A stretch of 64,000 nt of DNA, from contig VRMN01000008.1 of assembly GCA_008690995.1 (NCBI GenBank), forward strand, positions 744,001 through 808,000. The letters are read 5' to 3'. The stretch comes from Porphyridium purpureum. Lineage: Eukaryota. The translations under genes were made by a program, and so were the position numbers. The notes under the pieces were generated by a model, which made no database searches, was not told the origin of the DNA, and worked only from the letters and a program-made list of their open reading frames with translations. Shown here one piece after another: positions 23,201 through 31,036 of the stretch (positions within the stretch are counted from its first letter, which is position 1; each line of letters begins with the position of its first letter).

Positions 23201-24069
23201 CGAGCCTGCAACTTTGTTCGAGATACCGCGGCCACGTGGCTGAAACTTGATTCGGATGCCGCTACGAAAAGACGCACGGTAATCATTCGGTTGCTACCCT
23301 TGCCCTCCGTTGTTTTCCGTGGAGGCGCAAGTAAGATCGAGCAAGGCGAAAATGGCTCGTCAGCCGAAAGGACTTCAGCTATGTTTGTGCTTGATAAAGG
23401 TGTCGAGCAGGAAGCATCAGCCATCTGCCAACCTCGTCCTTTGACCAGAACGTCATGCAAGTGCCGGTACAGAAGAGCAGCGTACAATGCACGCTTGTCG
23501 CGAAAGCGAGAGGGTTCAATGTCAGCAGCTTCAAACAATCCAGCAGGCGCGGTTGCGCAGAGGTCAACGACACATCCTTGCCGATCATCGGAGCACGGAT
23601 GGTCGGTCGAATTTGGTTCGCTACCCACGCCGCTGCGTGGGGGCGCACGAGCGCGAGCATGGACCAGATCATGTGCGTGAGCACCAACCACAATCACAGA
23701 CTGGGGCGGCGCGCATTTTAACCGTGCGGGGGGAGACTCGTCGTTGCTTTCGACACGTTTCTGGTAGGTGTTGGACAACAAGTCCATCGCCGGAAACATC
23801 TTTACCACCTCATGGACAGCAAGCTCATCCACCTGCGCAGCAGCAGAATTTTCACCAGCTGCTGTTCGTTTCTTTCCTTTCCTGGCCGGCGCGACAGGCG
23901 CGGTTGTCATGTCGCGCGCATTCTCGCTGACGCTGAAACTCATGCACGCGGCGCGCACCTGCTCGACGCACATCTCGTGCTGTTCCGCGCCATGAGACAT
24001 GCAAGCGCAGAGCAGCCCGCGCGCGGCGCGCTGCAGAGCATCCGATACCTGGCTCTCCCTTTTCTTCAT
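20284..24069 (-). CDS. NOL6: Nucleolar protein 6 / Utp22 (Nrap family)
   Basis: FVQFWG..SRRRFQDGQI..AVVW, ESSTAWPDDVEAL, AKQWVASHML, IGVVWKP. Likely ATG at 24069. Confidence 0.9.
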   Translation of the reverse strand: MKKRESQVSDALQRAARGLLCACMSHGAEQHEMCVEQVRAACMSFSVSENARDMTTAPVAPARKGKKRTAAGENSAAAQVDELAVHEVVKMFPAMDLLSNTYQKRVESNDESPPARLKCAPPQSVIVVGAHAHDLVHARARAPPRSGVGSEPNSTDHPCSDDRQGCVVDLCATAPAGLFEAADIEPSRFRDKRALYAALLYRHLHDVLVKGRGWQMADASCSTPLSSTNIAEVLSADEPFSPCSILLAPPRKTTEGKGSNRMITVRLFVAASESSFSHVAAVSRTKLQARRSELLDEMHGSASSLFAKNTHEELRARMRKLDGLEMVLYDLQLTTQRSAAFARHAFAKHVHAPLVVRLLKHYFCRTAGMANVGPCEPTRHGTKVSPVPAGSAPTMLSSAYSGFLITAIAMRAMETLSGQLPFIQLLRGVLNRIALGMNVHVSRSGPGAVPLAGDDDGLERTVPSVDFDLDICGLTPGRWTLLQHLARRVLRELDHWQNQATDVGRGVDSRSNPVMQSFVHEDLLLFDGSIHITATGPSTCSSLLLECVARFALRQRALYVCMCSVSRSKDSSSEKTYAIGFKLRGDKPDSQLFQRVDRVADASGSAELKRAFVQFWGQASVSRRRFQDGQIDLAVVWEPDDQLVRKHGMRVALLHVILLRAVSLYGVSIQRPAQLAVTLDFQCSRIASAFSGDYDSAQHEQQRLRLRARVAECVDTLSKVLCALPADKFPLHIVTVRYAQGSALVRGTSAATSQYLAGASVRHGQPVQSVDLVLTAESSTAWPDDVEALRAVKAAMYVSLASQLTAHSKLDAMGWEAAHASRDCVWITLRPRITFAKGQDDAVVFRVLLHITAETVLLRRECEKERRNPAEVNGSAELALAQHLWVHERLPALHGILHDVQMRFGPFADTARIAKQWVASHMLSNHMGDELVELLVAAPLLCAPNAALAPRSTCSLLFAFFNLVATHDWTEPLDMRTDTARTLEHTRQAPERGFSVLLDIDNSIDGSGGGTSGWTFGSLSRPKASATGSTGITSLAQRSALKRSVFLARLAVSNCAPLLSEAGFLKRRANGLFVPDLGVFDSVVMCKSFEWNIEAADQLPGSMRAVLFQMMPAQTKHKGKDSVKRRRLDLSQGSRMGAEGHALFSPLGMEMLCFNPKVEFVEMLETRFGRFAIFFANFLESSTSSIGVVWKPTVRSPRAFDLHNLEYAKPVQIQPQRSGQAAGTFSVSEPPLLQTDTDLILEEIAALGGPSLIEGFRPFKP

Positions 24070-24247
24070 AATCGCGGATCCGCCGCAACGTCTGGCCGAC
24101 CTTTGCACGCATCGACAAGTTGCGCGTCGCCTCGGCTGCAAAATTTTCTTTTCGCACGCGGGCGAGCGCGGGCGCAACTGAACTTTAACTGTACTTTAAC
24201 TGTACTACAGGTACAGCGTCCCGCCACTTTTTGTTCGTTTGAGCTTG

Positions 24248-24289
24248 ACGGTTTGACCCGTTTAACGGTTTGACCCGTTTAACGGTTTG
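24248..24289. repeat. 17-bp tandem repeat ACGGTTTGACCCGTTTA (about 2.5 copies) in a divergent promoter
   Basis: Units at 24248, 24265 and partial at 24282. Confidence 0.85.
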
Positions 24290-24397
24290 GTCTTGTTGAA
24301 GCGTGCGTGCGTGTGGGGGGGAGAGTCTCGTGTGGATGTGCGAGCCCGTGAAGGGTTGGAGCTTGGAAGGTGCGTGCAAGTGGCGTGTCGGCGCAGC

Positions 24398-26059
24398 ATG
24401 GAAGCGCGCAACTTTGTCAAGACCATTGGGAAGGCAACGAACGCGAGGCAGATACTGAATTCCGTTCAGAATGACTCGTCGCGCACGCCGGGCGCCGCGC
24501 GGTTGAGCACGCTCAGCGATGTATCTCTGGCGAAATGGAGCGGTATCGCAAGCGTGCAACAGCAGCAGCTGCTGCACAAGGACGCAAAGGCACCGGGCTC
24601 GTCGCGCGCGTGGCTCTTTTTTATGGAGTTCCACTTGATTGTGTATAACGAGAGCCTCGAAAAATCGCTCTCGCGGCCTATTATGTACACACAGATCAGC
24701 TCCATTGACGATGACTCGGCCAAGAAGAAAAGCGATCGACTCTGTATCACAGACACATCGGATACGTGTGTCACATTTACTTTTCGAAGCGCGAAAGAGC
24801 GCGACGAGGCAAGAAGCAGGCTGGAAGCGCTCGTAAAGGAGCACGCTGGCTCCAAACCGGCGGCCAACGCCAGTGTACCGTTCCAACCTTTAGCTTCCGT
24901 GCTTAATTCAAAAGCGTTTGATGCAGCGACAAGCAGTGCGAATTTGTCGAACCATGGACACGGCAATGACGATTCTCTGTCGCGTGGTATTCGGTCACCC
25001 GTGTTTTCCTCAACTACTGCTGACGTTCTGTCTGGGACATCAGCATGGGACGCCCTTTCCGCAGTCATGATGCCAGCATCACCGCGCTCGACTGCGCCCC
25101 ACTCGGAAGAGACTGAAAAGGTCGCCAGTGATGCAGATGCAACAACGATGGATGAAACCGATGCAGAGGTACGATACGTTGACGCAAAGGGTGTGTCAGT
25201 GGTGACTTTGCTGATGGCCTTTGCTGTGTGCATCTTTGCATTTACAGTTCTCATCATCGTGAACAGTCAGGCATCGTACGCGTCCGAGCTGCGCACGCGG
25301 ATCATTAGTTTGCGTGCAAGTTCACCTTCATCGTCGTCTAGCCAAGCGTCTGCCAAGGCCGATGCGAAAGCCTTTGCGCAAGAATCAAGCCTGCGCAGCG
25401 ACCGTACTGCCCCGCCACACCAGGACTCCCTGAATGAGCTGTTTCGGCAGCAGTTTGCTGTGAATCGGCGTGCTCGCGCGCGATCATCAAGGCAGGAAGG
25501 CCGCAAAACGATGAAGGAAGAGATGCGAGGCCGATTGGGAGCAGCTGACGCCGACATGCATGACGACTTACTGCCGCTTATTGTGTTCAAAATGGACCGC
25601 GTAGCGCCTGACGAACATCTTCCCCCGACGGGTCCGGCTGCGGCCACACCCAGCGTAGCGGACACCTTGATCGACGCAAGCGCAACCGGGAGTCATGACG
25701 GTATCCGTGCACCAGAAGCAGACCCCTCGCAGCATGCACAGCCCGGATCGACGTCGTGCGTGATTCCGCAGACCATCCAGAAGCTGCCGCATCTGTCAGA
25801 CGACGTTCTGGAACTACTTGTGTCGCACACACTGCACGAGCTCATGGAGCGGCACGTGCGGAACGCGCTAGGCAGCGAGATTGTGCAGCTTGTGCGGAAC
25901 AAGCAGCTGCCTCTCTACGACCCGCACGTTCTGGCCCTACTGGCTTCCAAACCGGGCGATGCAATTCGCGCGCACGTGCTTTCGTACCTGCTTGATGATA
26001 AAGCATCCACGGCGTCGTTTGGGTCTGGCTCGAACGCAGAAGACACAGCAGGTCCATAG
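24398..26059 (+). CDS. Membrane-anchored protein with N-terminal PH/GRAM-like domain
   Basis: Beta-rich block ending TFTFRSAKERDEARSRL, plus one TM helix (VSVVTLLMAFAVCIFAFTVLIIV). First ATG at 24398. Confidence 0.6.
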   Translation: MEARNFVKTIGKATNARQILNSVQNDSSRTPGAARLSTLSDVSLAKWSGIASVQQQQLLHKDAKAPGSSRAWLFFMEFHLIVYNESLEKSLSRPIMYTQISSIDDDSAKKKSDRLCITDTSDTCVTFTFRSAKERDEARSRLEALVKEHAGSKPAANASVPFQPLASVLNSKAFDAATSSANLSNHGHGNDDSLSRGIRSPVFSSTTADVLSGTSAWDALSAVMMPASPRSTAPHSEETEKVASDADATTMDETDAEVRYVDAKGVSVVTLLMAFAVCIFAFTVLIIVNSQASYASELRTRIISLRASSPSSSSSQASAKADAKAFAQESSLRSDRTAPPHQDSLNELFRQQFAVNRRARARSSRQEGRKTMKEEMRGRLGAADADMHDDLLPLIVFKMDRVAPDEHLPPTGPAAATPSVADTLIDASATGSHDGIRAPEADPSQHAQPGSTSCVIPQTIQKLPHLSDDVLELLVSHTLHELMERHVRNALGSEIVQLVRNKQLPLYDPHVLALLASKPGDAIRAHVLSYLLDDKASTASFGSGSNAEDTAGP

Positions 26060-26158
26060 TGATGCGGCGTTTGCAGCCTCAACAGCAGAAATAAAAGGGC
26101 AGATATTCACACCGCTAATTTGGGAAAAACGCTGCGACAACGTGTGAAAGATCTGAAA

Positions 26159-27247
26159 ATGCAGGAAGCGCCGACGCCGGCATCGACGCCGTCATTTCCG
26201 CTGCTGTGTGAGACATGTCTCGGGCCCAACAGGTGCGTGCGCATGACGCGCGATGAGCGCGGCCGGGCTTGCAAGGTTTGCGAGCGGCCTTTCCTAGAGT
26301 TTCGCTGGAAGCCGGACGGCGCAAACACGCGCCACAAAAAGACAGAAATATGCTCGACGTGTGCGCGCGCCAAGAACGTGTGCCAAACGTGCATGTTTGA
26401 CCTCAACTTTGGACTGCCGGTCGCAGTACGGGACCAGCTATTCGGTCTTGGCGGCGCGCCAGACGCGCCCTTGGCTGGCGGCAGTACGATTCCGCAGAGC
26501 CAGAAGATGCTAGAGTATGCGGCCATGAAGAACGAAGAGGCCGTCTTGGATGGAAGCGTGGCCAAGCTGTATGATAGCCAGGCATCCAACGCGCCGATAT
26601 TGGCCCATCAATTGGCTCGGCGCGACCCAAAGTACGACCGCAACCGCGCACATGTGTGCTCGTTTTTTGTCAAGGGCGAATGCAAACGCGGCATATATTG
26701 TCCGTACCGGCATGATATGCCAGCGAGTGACAAGAGCTCGCTGTCGGACCAAAAGTTCAAGAACAGATATTATGGCGTGGACGATCCGCTAGCCGCGAAT
26801 ATTCTGAGTAGGGCTGCTGAAAAGAGGAATGACGCGAGCCAGGTGACGATCCCGTCGTGCGACGACAACACAGTGCGCTCGTTGTACGTCGGTGGAATCC
26901 CTTCTACGTGCACAGCAGGAGAGTTAGTCAACACATTCAAGGCGTTTGGGGCAGATTCAGAGGGCGTGCGCCTTGTGTCGGAGCGGGGCTTTGCATTCGT
27001 GGACTTCCAAACACATGACCAGGCCAGCGCCGCGCTCCACGCGCTGCACAATCGTTTGGAGTTGGGAGCTGAGAGGAAGCGCGTCTCGCTCAACTGGGCA
27101 AAGTCGAGGGCCGCGGGAGCCAAGCGTGGCCGGCCCACAGACAGCGAAGCTCGTGGTGCACGTGAGCGCGACCCCAAACGGCCGACGACCGTGCCGCTGC
27201 CCAGCGAATCACCCACCCAGCTCGGCTCGCTGCCCAGGAAACCGTAG
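26159..27247 (+). CDS. RBM22: Pre-mRNA splicing factor RBM22/Slt11
   Basis: FPLLCETCLG, KKTEICSTCARAKNVCQTCMFDL, CCCH finger, RRM. Confidence 0.96.
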   Translation: MQEAPTPASTPSFPLLCETCLGPNRCVRMTRDERGRACKVCERPFLEFRWKPDGANTRHKKTEICSTCARAKNVCQTCMFDLNFGLPVAVRDQLFGLGGAPDAPLAGGSTIPQSQKMLEYAAMKNEEAVLDGSVAKLYDSQASNAPILAHQLARRDPKYDRNRAHVCSFFVKGECKRGIYCPYRHDMPASDKSSLSDQKFKNRYYGVDDPLAANILSRAAEKRNDASQVTIPSCDDNTVRSLYVGGIPSTCTAGELVNTFKAFGADSEGVRLVSERGFAFVDFQTHDQASAALHALHNRLELGAERKRVSLNWAKSRAAGAKRGRPTDSEARGARERDPKRPTTVPLPSESPTQLGSLPRKP

Positions 27248-27446
27248 AAAGTACAGTGCGTACACTTGATCATGGTAAATCTGGCGGCTGTGATATGCGG
27301 CGCGGGGCTGCTGGTTGAACGGACAGGGAACGAGGCGCGACTGCGGCAGGGGGGGATGTTTCATGCTTGCCTGGTCGGGTGTTGCGTTAGTTGGGTGTTC
27401 CCACGCATCTGGTGGCGCTTATTCCTGGGTGGTGCGGAGACCAGAC

Positions 27447-28289
27447 ATGTGCGGCCGCTTTGCATGCACATTGAGCCGCGCTGACATCGAGTGCGCGGGA
27501 AATGCAAAAGTCTGGCGCGCAGACGACGGGCGTGAGATTGACGAGACAGACGCGGCCGAGCATGACTGCTACCAGCCGCGCACGCGCGTGAGTCCGACAA
27601 ACTTGGTGCCTGTGATTATTCGAGGGAGCATTGAGGGCAGCGGCCGCGCCCGCTCGAGCAATGTGGTGCAGTACTGCCGGTGGGGACTCATACCGTCCTT
27701 TGCGCAGGACGTCAGGTCGGCTGCAGGGAATGGAGCACTTTTGATCAACGCTCGCTCGGAATCCGTGGAGGAGAAGCCCTCCTTCCGCGGCGCGGTGAGG
27801 AGAAGACAGTTTTGCGTGGTTCCTTGCAGTGCGTTTTTCGAGTGGAAGGGGGAGCCCGGCGTGCTGGGTAAGAGGAAGGCCGAGCTCAAGACGCCGTACC
27901 GTATTCGTTCGGAAGGTGCTGCGGTAATGCGTCTTGCTGGAATCTACGACGTTTGGACGGACCCTGCGACAAAAAAACGGTTATGGTCGGTCGCGATTCT
28001 GACCCGTGCAGCGACGAAGCAGATGGCGTGGTTGCATGATCGCATGCCGTGTATTCTGGACGAGCAGCAGGCAACGGAGTGGCTGATGGGCACACTCAGC
28101 GTGCATGCTTTGGCCAGCACGTCGCAGGGGAAGCTTGTGTTTGAAAAGATGCTCAAGGACCTGAGCGCGGTTGATCTCTCAAAGGATGAGCACGCACAGC
28201 AGAGAAACTTCATGATGAACTTTTTGTCTCCGAGCAAGAAGCAGAGGAAGATCGAACCCAAAGTGGAGCATGAGAAATGCGAGGGATAA
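27447..28289 (+). CDS. HMCES: SRAP-domain abasic-site processing protein (HMCES/YedK)
   Basis: Starts MCGRF (catalytic Cys2) at 27447; WGLIP, INARSE, FFEW, LHDRMP. Confidence 0.95.
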   Translation: MCGRFACTLSRADIECAGNAKVWRADDGREIDETDAAEHDCYQPRTRVSPTNLVPVIIRGSIEGSGRARSSNVVQYCRWGLIPSFAQDVRSAAGNGALLINARSESVEEKPSFRGAVRRRQFCVVPCSAFFEWKGEPGVLGKRKAELKTPYRIRSEGAAVMRLAGIYDVWTDPATKKRLWSVAILTRAATKQMAWLHDRMPCILDEQQATEWLMGTLSVHALASTSQGKLVFEKMLKDLSAVDLSKDEHAQQRNFMMNFLSPSKKQRKIEPKVEHEKCEG

Positions 28290-28743
28290 AATTGATTGGA
28301 AGTTGGGGGTTCGCAGCACAATAGAAGCGGTAGCACGCATAGCAAGCATTGTGCCGCGAAATTTGCATGTCATCGTGATGTCGAAAAGAAGTACGGCCGC
28401 GCGCGCGATGCGCGTGTTTATAGGAAGACTGCGGGAAACATGTTTGTGGTTTAAAAAAAATTGTTTAGATGAAGTCGTTGAGCATGATTGACTTTGAACA
28501 TAGCTCCGAACGTCCTGACAAATCTGCGCAGTTCTCATTGAATGCCGTCAGACACCCACTTGTCATCTCCGCAGGCGACGGTAAGGACAGCAGCTGAGCC
28601 TGCACAGGACATACCCAGAAAGGGAAAGAAAAGCACGGCTGGTCAGTATCGCGTCTTTCGCGGGGAATGAAGGCCCAGACATGAAAAGGCCGTTCGTAGA
28701 AGCTCATATTCTCATCATAGATAGATAGGATCATCTCAACACG

Positions 28744-28812
28744 TCAGCTGAACAAGAGCTCCGCTGATTAATGCTGGTGATGCATGTTTGTAACCTTGAG
28801 TCAAATCATCGA
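28744..28812 (-). ncRNA. Candidate C/D box snoRNA (possibly U33/snR55-like)
   Basis: C-like TCGATGA, D box CTGA, 12-nt antisense CAUGCAUCACCA to 18S UGGUGGUGCAUG (one G-U). D' box and terminal stem are poor. Confidence 0.3.
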
Positions 28813-29124
28813 GAGGAGCCGAACACTTTCAGTAGGGAGCACAGCAGGACAGATGGACCATGGACCTACACAGTATCCACCTCTTTGTTTGAACAACCTT
28901 GACGCACCTTTTTCTATTTACAAAACACCATGCGTCAGCTACTGGACGCGCGTGTGGAAGATCACAGCCTGGAGAAGCCGCTACAGAGAAACCAAAAAAA
29001 AAAAAAAAACATTGCACAAGTCAGCCCCCGTGTCAAACCGTGTTTCGAAAACGCACTCGCCGCACGGCATGATCCGCAGGACCTGCCGATGCTCACCGAG
29101 CGCGCGCCGGCGCCGCGCGGGGCC

Positions 29125-29208
29125 TCTTGCTCAGTCGAAAGATGGTGTTTGTCATAATCAACACTGATACTTCAGAGTGGTGCATGAACATATTTCGTCA
29201 TCGCAAGA
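29125..29208 (-). ncRNA. Dual-guide C/D box snoRNA, U32 (SNORD32)-like
   Basis: Terminal stem TCTTGC/GCAAGA, C GCGATGA, D' CTGA, C' ATTATGA, D CTGA. Guides are antisense to 18S GUGGUGCAUG and LSU CGAAAGAUGGUG. Confidence 0.88.
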
Positions 29209-30250
29209 TCGCGCCGTTCCCGCGCCGCGCCGCCGCACATGCAGCGCACATCAACCTACCCATTCACACGCGCGATTTCTCGCAAGCCCCCGGCGAACGC
29301 CGCCGCCGATCGCGGGGGTGCGCGCACGCTCACGTACGCAGCGACAACCGCTCCTCCATGCCCACGTGCCTTCCCCTTTCACCGAACCATACCAATCCGC
29401 GACCGCATCCGCCGCGCGCGCCCCCCCTTCCACGTGCACGTGCACCTTGCCCTTGTGGAATCGAAAAAAGCAAGGCGCGGACGCCACGCTCACCGCAACC
29501 CAAAGCGCACGTTCCGAGAAACGCGAGAAAATTAAAGAACCAGGCGCCGCAACAACTGAGCCGTGCGCCTTTTTGCTCGAGAATCGCGCGTGCACCAACA
29601 CCCGACGCCACATGGAAACGAGCGCAAGCGTGTGCGCGCGCGCGCTGCGGTGCTACTGGGACGCGCGCGTTTTGTGATCGTCGTGCAAGTGTTGCCCGTT
29701 GCGCCGCCGCCGGTTGGTTTGTTGCTGTGTGTGTGTGTGTGCTTGCGTGTCCTGTTTGTTCATGGAACGCGATATTTGGACTGGCGTAGGGTGTGTGTTC
29801 AGCGTTGTGTAAGCTGTTGCGAATAACGCGTGATGAGCGGCATGATCGGCGGACTGGAAGTGGCTATTTTTGACGGCGCGAAAAATAATCAATAAATGAA
29901 CAGCACGAAATTTGAAATGGGAAATGAAGCGCGGAAATGCATGCACGTGCTGCTGGTAGTGGAAGTGGATTTCGTTGCGGTGTTGCGGTGTGGCGAGGCA
30001 GAGAAAGGCGGCGGATGTGTGTTGCAGCGAGGCGCGGGTGGGGAGGAGGGGGGCATGAGGGGTGAAGAAGACGACGCGGGATATTTGAAGAGGATGCGGT
30101 GTGAAGCTGGAAGGAAAAGGGGGGGAAGCGCGCAGGGGGTAGAAGAGGAAGAAGGCGAGGGGCGGGGCGTGGGGTGCCGTGCTGGGGGGGTTGAGAGGGG
30201 TGAAGAGTGGCGGCACACGTGGGTGTAGGTGGCTGTGAGGGAAAGGCAGG

Positions 30251-30838
30251 ATGGCGACGATGGCGATGAGCGCGGGCAGGAATATGTTCCAGGCGTACAG
30301 CGCGGCGCTGCAGAGCCGGCCCGTGGTGACAAAGATGGTTACGAGCACCGTGTTGTCTGGGATCAGTGAATGCGCCGCGCAGCTCATCATCGAGCGCGCC
30401 GCAAGGAAGAATGTCAGCCCGCAGGTGCTGCAGCAGCAGCAGGCGCCCTGGTACCAGCGCCTGAACTATGGGCGCATCGCCGCGTTTGCCGCGTTCGGCG
30501 GGCTGTTTTTCGCGCCCGTCACGCACTATTGGTACCAAATTTTGCAGAACAGGCTGGGCAGTGTGGGCACCCGCGTGCTCGCCGACCAAGCGCTGTTTGC
30601 GCCGCTGGCCATCAGCGCAACGTTTGCGTACATGCTGACGTACGACGGAAAGGCGCGCGGCGGGGCCGTGCAGCGCAAAATTCGGAATGACTTGGCGCCA
30701 ACCTTGAAGATGAACTGGACTGTGTGGGTGCCAACTCAAGCGGTCAACTTTCTGTTCGTGCCGCTACCGTTCAGAGTGCTCGTGGTCAACTCGGTAGGCC
30801 TGGTCTGGAACGTCTTTCTAGCCATGGCTGCGCGCTGA
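30251..30838 (+). CDS. Mpv17/PMP22 family membrane protein
   Basis: YSAALQSRPVVTK, HYWY, DQALFAP, NWTVWVPTQAVNF..VP..RVLVVN..WN. Confidence 0.95.
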   Translation: MATMAMSAGRNMFQAYSAALQSRPVVTKMVTSTVLSGISECAAQLIIERAARKNVSPQVLQQQQAPWYQRLNYGRIAAFAAFGGLFFAPVTHYWYQILQNRLGSVGTRVLADQALFAPLAISATFAYMLTYDGKARGGAVQRKIRNDLAPTLKMNWTVWVPTQAVNFLFVPLPFRVLVVNSVGLVWNVFLAMAAR

Positions 30839-31036
30839 GGTTTCTGCGTGCGCGAGATCCTGAGAATGAAAACAAGAAGAAAAAAGAAACTGAAAGATGG
30901 CGACGGTCAGAGGGCGCCTCACTGTGTAAAGACCAAGGCGCTGGGTTAAGATCTGCCGTAAATTATCATATGAAGCAAAGGAGGAAATGAAAGAAAACGA
31001 GCATGTTTTGCGCATATTCACATTTACATTCTGATA

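Larger units (their letters stand above)
28600..29263 (-). ncRNA. Putative spliced non-coding snoRNA host transcript with two introns (29259-28981 and 28869-28600)
   Basis: Both introns begin GTAGGT. Branch points are GCTGAC (29025-29020) and TACTGAC (28648-28642), followed by pyrimidine tracts and TAG/CAG acceptors. The spliced ORF is only 59 aa and unrecognisable. Confidence 0.55.

Noticed and set aside
28547..28570. CTGA plus 8-nt antisense to LSU CACCCACU
   Set aside because: Match too short and no coherent set of boxes.
28636..28821. Single ~185-nt snR4-like acetylation guide
   Set aside because: The putative terminal D box coincides with the TACTGAC branch point, and one antisense element would cover rather than loop out the target cytidine.
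28535..29263. 59-aa peptide from the spliced snoRNA host (MAASPGCDLPH...)
   Set aside because: No resemblance to a ribosomal or other known protein; treated as non-coding pending conservation data.
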